Shown here in pieces: positions 37,717 to 46,388 of a DNA stretch of 64,000 nt. Numbering within the stretch: the first letter of the stretch is position 1; every line of letters starts with the position of its first letter. The notes beneath the pieces were generated by a model that was given only the letters and a program-made list of their open reading frames with translations, ran no database searches and was not told the origin of the DNA. This DNA is from Candidatus Woesebacteria bacterium. GTDB taxonomy: Bacteria; Patescibacteriota; Microgenomatia; UBA1400; UBA12028. The translations under genes and the position numbers were made by a program. The stretch lies in assembly GCA_018060955.1 (NCBI GenBank), contig JAGOVC010000001.1, forward strand, positions 5,558 to 69,557, in the 5' to 3' direction.

Positions 37717-38579
37717 ACGTTCACGAACGAGAAATGGAAAAGAAAAGAATGGTGTCCCAAGTATGGAATAAGAAACAGGACTACTATGACAAGACGCAAG
37801 GAGGGAATGAAGCGTTATTAAAGGGACCCCATTATCAACGCGTGTTACCGTATCTTCAGCAATCTGGAACTATTCTAGAAGTTGGATGTGGCGATGGAGG
37901 AGCACTCAAGACATTAGCTACCGTACTCCCAAAGAAGACACGTTTATTCGGGGTAGATATCAGTAGTCTTGCAATTCGCCTAGCCAAAAAGAATTTTCCA
38001 AGTGGTGAGTTCAAAGTTGCAGACGGTGATACTCTTCCCTATAAAGATAACTCCTTTGACTGTACCTGTAGTTTCTTTACCTTTGAGCATGTGATTGATC
38101 CGCAGGAAATTTTGATGGAAATGACTAGAGTTACAAAACCAGGTGGATTCATCATCATTATTTGTCCCAACTATGGATCTCCAATTTATCGATCCCCATG
38201 TGCCACAGATTCCGTCTTCTCAAGATTATGGCAGTCCATATACTCGAGGAGTAAACGTATTCATACATCACAATTCGGTTGGAAGCATGTGAAGCCAATC
38301 GCAGACCGATCTGATTTTCATGTGCCAGATCACGACACATTAATCGAGCCAGACCTATCACTATTTGTTGATGTCATTGAATCTCGAGCATTTCCAAAAT
38401 TAAGCCTTGTTGATGCTACTAGTTTGTGGGAGACGATTACACCACAATCTTCTATAAAGTACTATTTGGCAAGCCTTCCATTTCGAATTGCAGCACACGT
38501 ATTTGGGAGACCTTTTCTGTATTGGGGACAACTCTTTGTGGCGACCCTAAAGAAGTCGCCGGCTCGTAAAAAAGTATGA
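37713..38579 (+). CDS. Class I SAM-dependent methyltransferase.
   Basis: Motif I LEVGCGDGGAL, and motifs II/III ...GGFIIIICPN. A GGAGG lies 5 nt upstream of the ATG at 37713, which forms an ATGA overlap with the upstream stop. Confidence 0.8.
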   Translation: MNVHEREMEKKRMVSQVWNKKQDYYDKTQGGNEALLKGPHYQRVLPYLQQSGTILEVGCGDGGALKTLATVLPKKTRLFGVDISSLAIRLAKKNFPSGEFKVADGDTLPYKDNSFDCTCSFFTFEHVIDPQEILMEMTRVTKPGGFIIIICPNYGSPIYRSPCATDSVFSRLWQSIYSRSKRIHTSQFGWKHVKPIADRSDFHVPDHDTLIEPDLSLFVDVIESRAFPKLSLVDATSLWETITPQSSIKYYLASLPFRIAAHVFGRPFLYWGQLFVATLKKSPARKKV

Positions 38580-39388
38580 AGAAAACTAAAGTCTCAATAG
38601 TCACACCTAGCTACAACCAAGGTGAATTTATTCAAGACACTTTACAGAGTGTTCTTGCTCAGGTGGATGGTTCGTTTGAACTCGAATACATCATTCTAGA
38701 TTCTGTTTCAATGGATGATACAAAGCTGATAATTGAAAAATATCTTCCAAAACTGAGGCGGGCTGGGGTTGGCGTGACCTTTATATCAAAGAAGGATAAA
38801 GGGCAGACCAATGCCATCAATAATGGGCTGTCACTGGCGACTGGACAACTGTATACGTACTTAAACTCGGACGATTTTTATGAACCAGATGTGCTGCGAA
38901 AAGTTGTGAAGTACTTCGAGCAAAATTCTCAGATTCAGTGGGCATTTGGAGGCTGGAATTACGTTAACCGGGTGGGGAAAATCTATTCCGTCATTCAACC
39001 CTCGCTATTCTCATATAACAAGTTATTAGACTATTGTACGATAGGTCAACCGAGTTGCTTTTTTCGTAGCACAGTTTATCAAGAAGTAGGTCCGTTTGAT
39101 GAATCGCTGCAGTTAGGGATGGATTATGAGTATTGGTTACGATTGTCCCAGCACTACCCAGCAGGTGTTATCCCAGAGGTCATTTCAAACATGCGTTATT
39201 ACGGGGGAACGAAGAGTGCATCGAAGGCAAGTCAGCACTTAGTGGAAGCCTATAAGTTAGCTACACGATACACAGCACCGCTATCCTTCAAACGATTGGT
39301 GCAATTTTTCTTCTTCCTTCGTGGTTATGCAGTTATCCTTTTAGGAATTGATATCACACGACGGATTGAACGTAAAGAAATTACCTAG
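38576..39388 (+). CDS. Family 2 glycosyltransferase; paralog set C.
   Basis: VSIVTPSYNQGEFIQDTLQSVLAQ...YLNSDDFY. ATGA overlap. Confidence 0.8.
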   Translation: MKKTKVSIVTPSYNQGEFIQDTLQSVLAQVDGSFELEYIILDSVSMDDTKLIIEKYLPKLRRAGVGVTFISKKDKGQTNAINNGLSLATGQLYTYLNSDDFYEPDVLRKVVKYFEQNSQIQWAFGGWNYVNRVGKIYSVIQPSLFSYNKLLDYCTIGQPSCFFRSTVYQEVGPFDESLQLGMDYEYWLRLSQHYPAGVIPEVISNMRYYGGTKSASKASQHLVEAYKLATRYTAPLSFKRLVQFFFFLRGYAVILLGIDITRRIERKEIT

Positions 39389-41246
39389 CTTCAAAAAAGT
39401 TTTCATACCACTTTGAAAGCATGAAGAATTTCCACAGTTGCGCGGAATAATCGGCAACGCCCTGCTGATGATAAGCGTACATTTTCTTCGTGGTATCAAA
39501 GTTTAAAACTTCATACATGGGGTGATTGGAATTCTGAAAGGTTGCATCAAACTGCGGACGTAATGTCGATTTCATCCACTCATTCACTGGCAGTACAAAT
39601 CCCCGCTTGGGTAGATTTCGAATTGAGGGCGGAATTAAGTCGCTACATGCCTCTTTTAGAATCCACTTCGTTTCGTTATTGTGAAGTTTAAAATGTAGCG
39701 GCAGTGTGGCAGCAAACTCTACAACTCTATAATCTAGAAGAGGTGATCTGCCTTCCAACGCCCACTGCATACTTGCAATGTCCATTTTAGTCATTAGACC
39801 ATCGGGCAAAATGGTTGATAAATCCATGGTAAGAACTCGACTAATAGTATCTTCAGAGTTAGTGGGCAAATGTGAGCGGATTTCTGTATCCAAATGATTT
39901 GTCGCATCATTCCAAAGATCATTCATGTCAATTCCATTGGTATATCCACGTGCATATAGGCTATATCCATCTAGTGGCTGTTGTCCAAGCAAATGGGAAA
40001 CTCGAAGTATTCGTTGCAGAAGCGGATGGTGTAATGCCTGATCTGAAAACGGTCGTAAAATAGTATGTAGCAAACTTGCTGGAAGTCGAAGTGCTTGCAT
40101 GCGATTAATGAAGGCTAGAGTGGTATGGTTGCTGTACGCAAAAAAACTTTCATCACCCCCATCCCCGTTAAGTGCAACGGTTACATGCTTGCGTGCGAGT
40201 TGGCTAACAAAATAGGAGGGGATCGCGGAGGAATCTCCAAATGGTTCATCGTACGCATTTACTAGTGTTTTAATTAGATCGCTTGTTACTTTGGGCTTAA
40301 TTTCAAGTTCCGTGTGTTCTGTGTGGTGAAATTCGCTGGATAATTTTGCATCTGCACGCTCGTCCATCCCCCAGCGACTAGCACCGACTGTAAAGGTGCG
40401 AACCGGCTGAGTGCTTTGTTTGCTCATGATTCCAGTTACCACGCATGAATCAATTCCACCGGACAAGAAAGAGCCTAACGGGACATCTGCGATCATACGT
40501 AACGAGACCGACGATTCAAGTAAGCTACGCAGTGTCTCTTTGGATTCATCAATGGAAAGTGTTGAATTCGGATTTACGGTGACAGACCAGTATTGTTTAA
40601 TGGTGAGTTTTTTATTTTTCAGAGTTAAATAATGACCAGGTGGGAGCTTGAATATATCCTTAAATCCCGTCTTGGGAGAGGGGACAAAACCCCAATACAT
40701 ATAAGATGAAATTGCATCTTTATCTACCACTTTGGGAACTTCAGGCTGAGTGAAGAGTGCTTTAATTTCGGAAGCAAAAATGAACACATCAGCAGAGAGA
40801 AAGTACTTAAATGGTTTTTTACCTAATCTGTCCCGAGCTGCGAAAAGAGTTTGTTCTTTTCTATCAAAGATGGCAAACGCAAACATTCCATTAAAATATT
40901 GAACGCATTTTTCCTTGTAGTGTGCATACATTGCTAAAATGACTTCGGTGTCTGACTGTGAGTGGAAGCGATACCCTTTTGACACCAATCGGCTGCGAAG
41001 CTCTGAATAGTTGTAGATTTCCCCGTTAAAGGTAATCCAATAGCGTTTGGAGTCATAGCTCATTGGCTGGTGACCTTTCGGCGAAAGGTCAATAATTGCG
41101 AGCCGTCGCTGACCGAATCCAAAGCTACCAAATGATTCAATACCGTCGTCATCAGGTCCCCGATGCGATAGACTATCCGTCATTCGTTGGATGTCTGCTG
41201 ACAACACCGTACCGTTAAAAACAACTTTCCCCGAAATTCCGCACAT
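39381..41246 (-). CDS. asnB: Asparagine synthetase B-type glutamine amidotransferase; a likely sugar amidotransferase in this context.
   Basis: N-terminal MCGISG, where Cys2 is the class II glutamine amidotransferase nucleophile, so the start is the Met directly before Cys at 41246, not 41252. The PP-loop SGGIDSCVV is present. Confidence 0.85.
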   Translation of the reverse strand: MCGISGKVVFNGTVLSADIQRMTDSLSHRGPDDDGIESFGSFGFGQRRLAIIDLSPKGHQPMSYDSKRYWITFNGEIYNYSELRSRLVSKGYRFHSQSDTEVILAMYAHYKEKCVQYFNGMFAFAIFDRKEQTLFAARDRLGKKPFKYFLSADVFIFASEIKALFTQPEVPKVVDKDAISSYMYWGFVPSPKTGFKDIFKLPPGHYLTLKNKKLTIKQYWSVTVNPNSTLSIDESKETLRSLLESSVSLRMIADVPLGSFLSGGIDSCVVTGIMSKQSTQPVRTFTVGASRWGMDERADAKLSSEFHHTEHTELEIKPKVTSDLIKTLVNAYDEPFGDSSAIPSYFVSQLARKHVTVALNGDGGDESFFAYSNHTTLAFINRMQALRLPASLLHTILRPFSDQALHHPLLQRILRVSHLLGQQPLDGYSLYARGYTNGIDMNDLWNDATNHLDTEIRSHLPTNSEDTISRVLTMDLSTILPDGLMTKMDIASMQWALEGRSPLLDYRVVEFAATLPLHFKLHNNETKWILKEACSDLIPPSIRNLPKRGFVLPVNEWMKSTLRPQFDATFQNSNHPMYEVLNFDTTKKMYAYHQQGVADYSAQLWKFFMLSKWYENFFEAR

Positions 41247-41309
41247 GTTCAAAGAGTATCATATTTTTTCGCGTAGCGAGCAGGAAAGAATGGTATATGC
41301 TACAAGCCT

Positions 41310-42845
41310 ATGGAATCGAGTGGCGTGATCAGACAAAAAACCTGGATCGGTGGAATTATTTGTCTTCTAGCTAGCATTGGTTTTGCTTTTTATCTCTTTT
41401 CAGCCAGCTTATCGAACGCATTTTCACCCATTGATGATCACGAACTAGTGTTGCACCTTAGGGGACAAGAGAGACTATCCATTTCACAAGTAACTGCATT
41501 GTGGCAACGAGATCTTCAAGCGACTGGAAGATTTCGTCCTCTGTATAACATTCTTCGTCCGCTTGAGCTACTTCTATGGGGAAACCATCTAAATCTCTGG
41601 TACTTGGCTCGCGTCATTCTCTTTAGTCTATCGATGTTCTTGTGCTGGTTACTTTTGAAACACGCGGTCGGGATGCTCTTTGCATCTCTAATCAGCTCAT
41701 GGTTTTTTACATTTGCGTTTTGGGCAGACATTATTGGCAGGCTGGGGCCATCAGAGAGTTACAGTCTATTTGGCTTGCTTTGTTGGGCTTGCGGTCTTTA
41801 TGGGCTCTATGCGCGGTCACAACAAACTTCTGCATGGAGTTGGTTATTACTTTCTATCGGAAGTATCATTGCGATTCTTACCAAAGAGAACATGCTGATC
41901 ATCGTGCTTCCAACCATCGGAATCACTTTGCTTAATCGGTCGAAAGTATATTCAAAAGGTCTGTTGTTTCTTCCAGTAATTTCTAGTTTCTTGGCATCAT
42001 TTTTCGTTATCCGATATTTAGTAAGATTATCCTCTGTAGTAGGAGTTGATGTGTACGGCAATAGTCTAGGTGTGTCTAGAGTAAGCCTGCTACTGGATGT
42101 ATTTTTAGATAAAACAGTTCTAGGATTGCTACTTGGAAGTGCGATTTTACTTTGGTTTTCGATTTCTGTTCCCTCACCAAGCTGGCGAAGAGATTTTTCA
42201 CATCTTTGTTGGGCATGGATAACCGCCGTCTCTTTACTCATATCCCAGAGTTTCTTTTACAACGGCCAATGGCCAACAAATATTCGCTATGATTTCCCAG
42301 GAATGTTCTACAAGCTGATCATTGTCGTTAGTGTGATATTTCTTCTAAAGCGGGTTGTGATTGATCGTTTGGATAACCAGTCGGCACGAATAGTAACGCT
42401 GGTGCTGACATGCTTCCTTTTTCTAGGAGTCATACGTCGTTCGCAGATTTGGGTTTTGCGTTCTCGAGTCCAAGCCTATCATCAACTGACACGATCTTTT
42501 GCTTCAGGATTACAAGCTATCAAAGCGACGAGCCCTTCAATGGATATCATTTTAGAATCAACCTCGATAAATGATCTTGAAATTATTCACGCCATCCAAG
42601 TATCTCTTCGACAAAAATATCTAGCCAATGCCATCTATCTTCGTTTACACCATCAAAATACTAATGAAGAAGGGGCATTGGGAGGGCAACTGTATACAAG
42701 CCTGTTACAAACTCAAAACGATGGTACGGATGTTTTTATGCCACTAGCTAAAAGAGAAGCTGTGAAACCTTGCATCTCGATTTTCCTTGGGCAAGAAACT
42801 CAAACGGAGTGCACACCATCCAGCATTATTGCAGTGACATGGTAG
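41310..42845 (+). CDS. Polytopic membrane protein, function unknown.
   Basis: 511 aa, with many helices in the N-terminal two-thirds and a soluble C-terminal domain. Confidence 0.7.
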   Translation: MESSGVIRQKTWIGGIICLLASIGFAFYLFSASLSNAFSPIDDHELVLHLRGQERLSISQVTALWQRDLQATGRFRPLYNILRPLELLLWGNHLNLWYLARVILFSLSMFLCWLLLKHAVGMLFASLISSWFFTFAFWADIIGRLGPSESYSLFGLLCWACGLYGLYARSQQTSAWSWLLLSIGSIIAILTKENMLIIVLPTIGITLLNRSKVYSKGLLFLPVISSFLASFFVIRYLVRLSSVVGVDVYGNSLGVSRVSLLLDVFLDKTVLGLLLGSAILLWFSISVPSPSWRRDFSHLCWAWITAVSLLISQSFFYNGQWPTNIRYDFPGMFYKLIIVVSVIFLLKRVVIDRLDNQSARIVTLVLTCFLFLGVIRRSQIWVLRSRVQAYHQLTRSFASGLQAIKATSPSMDIILESTSINDLEIIHAIQVSLRQKYLANAIYLRLHHQNTNEEGALGGQLYTSLLQTQNDGTDVFMPLAKREAVKPCISIFLGQETQTECTPSSIIAVTW

Positions 42846-42866
42846 AGTAGAAATGACAAACCCTCT

Positions 42867-43979
42867 ATGTTAAATCTTTCAAGAATTATAGATTTTCTCG
42901 ACACAAAAGTAGTAGAGAATGTGACACATACACATGCACAAAAATCATGTCTCCTTTCGTACATCACGTATCCATTTCTTTTCCCGTTTAAACCGCAACC
43001 TCATCAAAGTCACTGGCAAGTTAAAGCAATCGCACAAACAGTTCATGAACAGGGCTATCGCGTCGATGTTGTTAATTACGCAGCCAACTATCAGCTGAAA
43101 AGACACTATGACATGGTTATAGATATTCATCCCACAAAGAATAAGCCGTATTGGAATCACTTAAAGGAAAACGCCAAAAGAATCATGTTCTACACCGGAA
43201 GTTATCCAGACTTTCAAAATTCAGCCGAACGCAAACGACTTGAAGAGTTACATCATCGACGAGGTGTGCAGCTGCAGCCTAGAAGACAGGTAGAGGTACT
43301 AGAACGAAGCATTATTGAAAAGTTTCATACAATACTTCTTATCGGTAATGAGCAGACACAACGGACTTTCCCATCGACAAAAACACCATTGTATCTGTTA
43401 CCAAATACTGTGGATGAATCACTTGGTGCTCTCTCAACGCTTACAAAGAATCCAGCAAGCTTTCTTTTCTTAGGTAGTGGAGGACAAGTACATAAAGGCC
43501 TCGATTTAGTTCTAGAAGTTTTTAGTCGTCATCCTGAGCTAACACTGATGGTATGTAGCCCTTTTGCACGGGAAGAAGACTTTGTGAATGCATATCGGTT
43601 AGAGTTATATGACACAACGAACATTAGACCTCTAGGATTCATTGATCCTCATAGCGCAACTTTTAAAGAGAACGCAGCGAGCTGTGCCTGGATGATTTAT
43701 CCCTCAGCGTCAGAAGGGATGGCAGGAAGTGTGTTAACAGCAATGTCTGCTGGAATCATTCCCATTGTGAGTAAAGAATCTGGTGTTAGTCACGAAGTAG
43801 AGATACTTGATTCAAACAGTCTGGATTCAATCGAGAAAAAAGTGATGAAACTGAGTAAGTCTACGCAAAAAGAACTGCAAAAAAAGAGAGAAGAAATGAT
43901 GAATTCGTTAGATAAGTATTATTCTCAGCAAGCATTTATTACATCCCTACACAATGCATTGAGACAGCAGCTTACTTAA
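42867..43979 (+). CDS. GT-B fold (GT4-like) glycosyltransferase.
   Basis: FLFLGSGGQVHKGLDLVLEVF and IYPSASEGMAGSVLTAMSAGIIPIVSKESG. Confidence 0.7.
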   Translation: MLNLSRIIDFLDTKVVENVTHTHAQKSCLLSYITYPFLFPFKPQPHQSHWQVKAIAQTVHEQGYRVDVVNYAANYQLKRHYDMVIDIHPTKNKPYWNHLKENAKRIMFYTGSYPDFQNSAERKRLEELHHRRGVQLQPRRQVEVLERSIIEKFHTILLIGNEQTQRTFPSTKTPLYLLPNTVDESLGALSTLTKNPASFLFLGSGGQVHKGLDLVLEVFSRHPELTLMVCSPFAREEDFVNAYRLELYDTTNIRPLGFIDPHSATFKENAASCAWMIYPSASEGMAGSVLTAMSAGIIPIVSKESGVSHEVEILDSNSLDSIEKKVMKLSKSTQKELQKKREEMMNSLDKYYSQQAFITSLHNALRQQLT

Positions 43980-45193
43980 GCATTCTTAAAGATAGTATCC
44001 ATATCCTTTGCGTAGTGGGACCAAGAAATATTCTTTAGAACAAATGTATGACCAGCCTTGGCGATAGAATTTCGAAGTTTTGCGTCTGTAATAATTCTTT
44101 CAAGTTGCTTGGCTAAATGAGAGGGATTTTTGGGCTCAATAAAGAGAGCATTCTTTCCATCCGTAAGTACATCATGTGCACCAGCTGTTTTGCTTACAAG
44201 GACTGCACATCCACGTAAGCATGCCTCGAATACGGAAAGTCCCCAGGTTTGATTGTGATTTGGAAACACAAAGACATCTGCCTCCCGGTATTCACGTTCA
44301 AGCTCAGCCTCACTCACTTTTCCTAAGAACTTTACGTATGATCCTAGTCCATATTCTTTTACCAACTGCTCGATTAGCTGGAAATAACCCATATCTGGTG
44401 CAGGATCTCCAACGATATGAAAGTCTACGTTTTTCACTTTGTATTGATGAATGAGTATGTTTGCAGCTTCGATTAAGTCTTCGTATCGCCGGTGGCGAAA
44501 GAAAATATTGGTTGTGAGTAATTGGATTTTCTTGTGTTTCTTTTTGACTAGAAATTGTTTTAAATCATTTGGTATCGAGAGCCCGCTTTTAACAATCATG
44601 GCTGACTTTTTGAAATGGCGTTGGACAATATCTTTATTCCGCTCATCGAGAACTACGATGGTATCCATGTGTACGAGAGCCCGATTTGTACGAATCCTTT
44701 CGATCCATGCTAGAACCCTCATGAGAGTGGTTTGTGCATATTCTGATGCACCTTTCTCTTTCGCATCAATAAATGAAGGAGGATCGTTCATCATCCAGAC
44801 ATTTTTTACAGTAGGGAAACGTGACGTTAATCGGTACACGCCATGATCATGATAGTTGATCACATCGTACTGTTTCTTTTTGTGATGGATCTCAATTTGA
44901 TCGCCTATAGCTCGTACTTGCTGTAGCTGCACCCATTCATTTCGGATGAAGGCTCGGATTCGCTTCAAGATAGGATCTGACTGGTTATAGAATTCCTGCG
45001 AAATTTTGATTGGACGGGCTGCAATGACATTAACTTCATTGATAAATTCAGGAAAACATTTTGCTTTGTCGACACGATACGCAAAGATATCTACATGATG
45101 ACCTTGTTTTTGAAGGTAGCGTGCTTCTTCTAGGATTTGTCGAATTGAACCACCGTAGGTGTCAAGTTGCCAGATCACAAGCGCAATAGTCAT
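43976..45193 (-). CDS. GT4-family glycosyltransferase.
   Basis: N-terminal YGGSIRQILEEARYL, and C-terminal VFVFPNHNQTWGLSVFEACLRGCAVLVSK. Its stop overlaps the convergent GT stop. Confidence 0.8.
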   Translation of the reverse strand: MTIALVIWQLDTYGGSIRQILEEARYLQKQGHHVDIFAYRVDKAKCFPEFINEVNVIAARPIKISQEFYNQSDPILKRIRAFIRNEWVQLQQVRAIGDQIEIHHKKKQYDVINYHDHGVYRLTSRFPTVKNVWMMNDPPSFIDAKEKGASEYAQTTLMRVLAWIERIRTNRALVHMDTIVVLDERNKDIVQRHFKKSAMIVKSGLSIPNDLKQFLVKKKHKKIQLLTTNIFFRHRRYEDLIEAANILIHQYKVKNVDFHIVGDPAPDMGYFQLIEQLVKEYGLGSYVKFLGKVSEAELEREYREADVFVFPNHNQTWGLSVFEACLRGCAVLVSKTAGAHDVLTDGKNALFIEPKNPSHLAKQLERIITDAKLRNSIAKAGHTFVLKNISWSHYAKDMDTIFKNA

Positions 45194-45201
45194 ACTCTAG
45201 A

Positions 45202-46380
45202 TTATTCCGTTCTAAAGGCGCTAATTAGATACTCAATCTCGCTTGCGGTGAGCTCTGGATTATTTGCAAAGTAAAAACCTTGTGTAAAGACTAACCTTGA
45301 GACTGGGATGTCGTACGCTATGTCGATATGTTTCTTAAAAAATGGTTGATCTGCCATTACCCCTCCGACAATCGGCCGAACTTCGATTCCAAGTTTTTCA
45401 CATCGTGAACAGTACTCATCCTTTACTTGTTCAGATTTAAAGACTAATGGCATTGCAAAATTACTGACAAAATCCATCTTGATATCAAGCGGATACACGT
45501 CTGAACAAACCTCGTAGATTTTTAGAAAGGTTTGGAAATTTTCTTGTCGTTTTTGAATTGTTTCATTAATGAACTGCAGTTGGTACTTTCCTAGAAACCC
45601 TGTGATCTCATTTGGGCGCAGATTGTAGGCTAAATCGTAAAAGGTATATTTTGCAAAGAAGTCGGAGATTGCATGCTCTTTTCGAAGAGATTGTTGTTGT
45701 TTTTCACTTAAGTGCCGGTCCCACCCATGAGAACGAGCCATTCGTAACTGTTTATCCAGTTCTTTGTCATCGGTACACACCATTCCACCTTCGATTGCTG
45801 ACATGTGATGACCAACGAAGAATGAGAACGTTGAGGCAAAGCCAAAATTTCCCAGCTTTTTTCCTGAAGTTACACTTCCCATCGACTCACAGTTATCTTC
45901 TAGCAGCAAAATGCCCTCGCGAGTACAGTACTGTTTAATTTTTTTAAGATCATCTGAAAATCCCAACAGATTTGTAATAAATAAACAGTCTAAGGGATAC
46001 TTGGTATGGGCCTGCTCCAGCGTATGGCTTGAGACATTTAAGGTATCCAGCTCGATATCTACAGGGATGGGGTCTAATCCAAGCTGCATTAGGGGCATGA
46101 CATTTGTTGCCCAAGTGATTCCAGAGAAACCGACTTTCATACCTGGCTTAAGTTTCCCCATGTTTAATAATGCCTGAATTAAGGCTAAGTTCGCAGAACT
46201 GCCACTGTTAAAGAGAATGGAGTATTTTCTACCTTGCCAAGCGGAGAACTCTGACTCAAAGGAAGCACATTGGGCTCCTATCGAGAGTTGCTTTGCATTC
46301 TGAATGAAATCGCACAGTGCGTTTTTTGTCTCCGTTTCATTATAGAAAGAAGATTTGATCAATTTAATTTTATAATCCAT
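45202..46380 (-). CDS. colD: PMP-dependent NDP-4-keto-6-deoxyhexose 3-dehydratase of the ColD/E1 (DdhC) type within the DegT/DnrJ/EryC1 fold. The catalytic Lys is replaced by His.
   Basis: 392 aa. NSGSSANLALIQALL and LLEDNCESMG are present. The segment STFSFFVGHHMSAIEGG places His191-His192 where aminotransferases carry the PLP lysine. The genuine aminotransferase at 50817 has [16 protein letters not shown] in the same place. RSHGWDR follows. The size and motifs match ColD as I recall it. Confidence 0.8.
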   Translation of the reverse strand: MDYKIKLIKSSFYNETETKNALCDFIQNAKQLSIGAQCASFESEFSAWQGRKYSILFNSGSSANLALIQALLNMGKLKPGMKVGFSGITWATNVMPLMQLGLDPIPVDIELDTLNVSSHTLEQAHTKYPLDCLFITNLLGFSDDLKKIKQYCTREGILLLEDNCESMGSVTSGKKLGNFGFASTFSFFVGHHMSAIEGGMVCTDDKELDKQLRMARSHGWDRHLSEKQQQSLRKEHAISDFFAKYTFYDLAYNLRPNEITGFLGKYQLQFINETIQKRQENFQTFLKIYEVCSDVYPLDIKMDFVSNFAMPLVFKSEQVKDEYCSRCEKLGIEVRPIVGGVMADQPFFKKHIDIAYDIPVSRLVFTQGFYFANNPELTASEIEYLISAFRTE

Positions 46381-46388
46381 GAAAGCCC

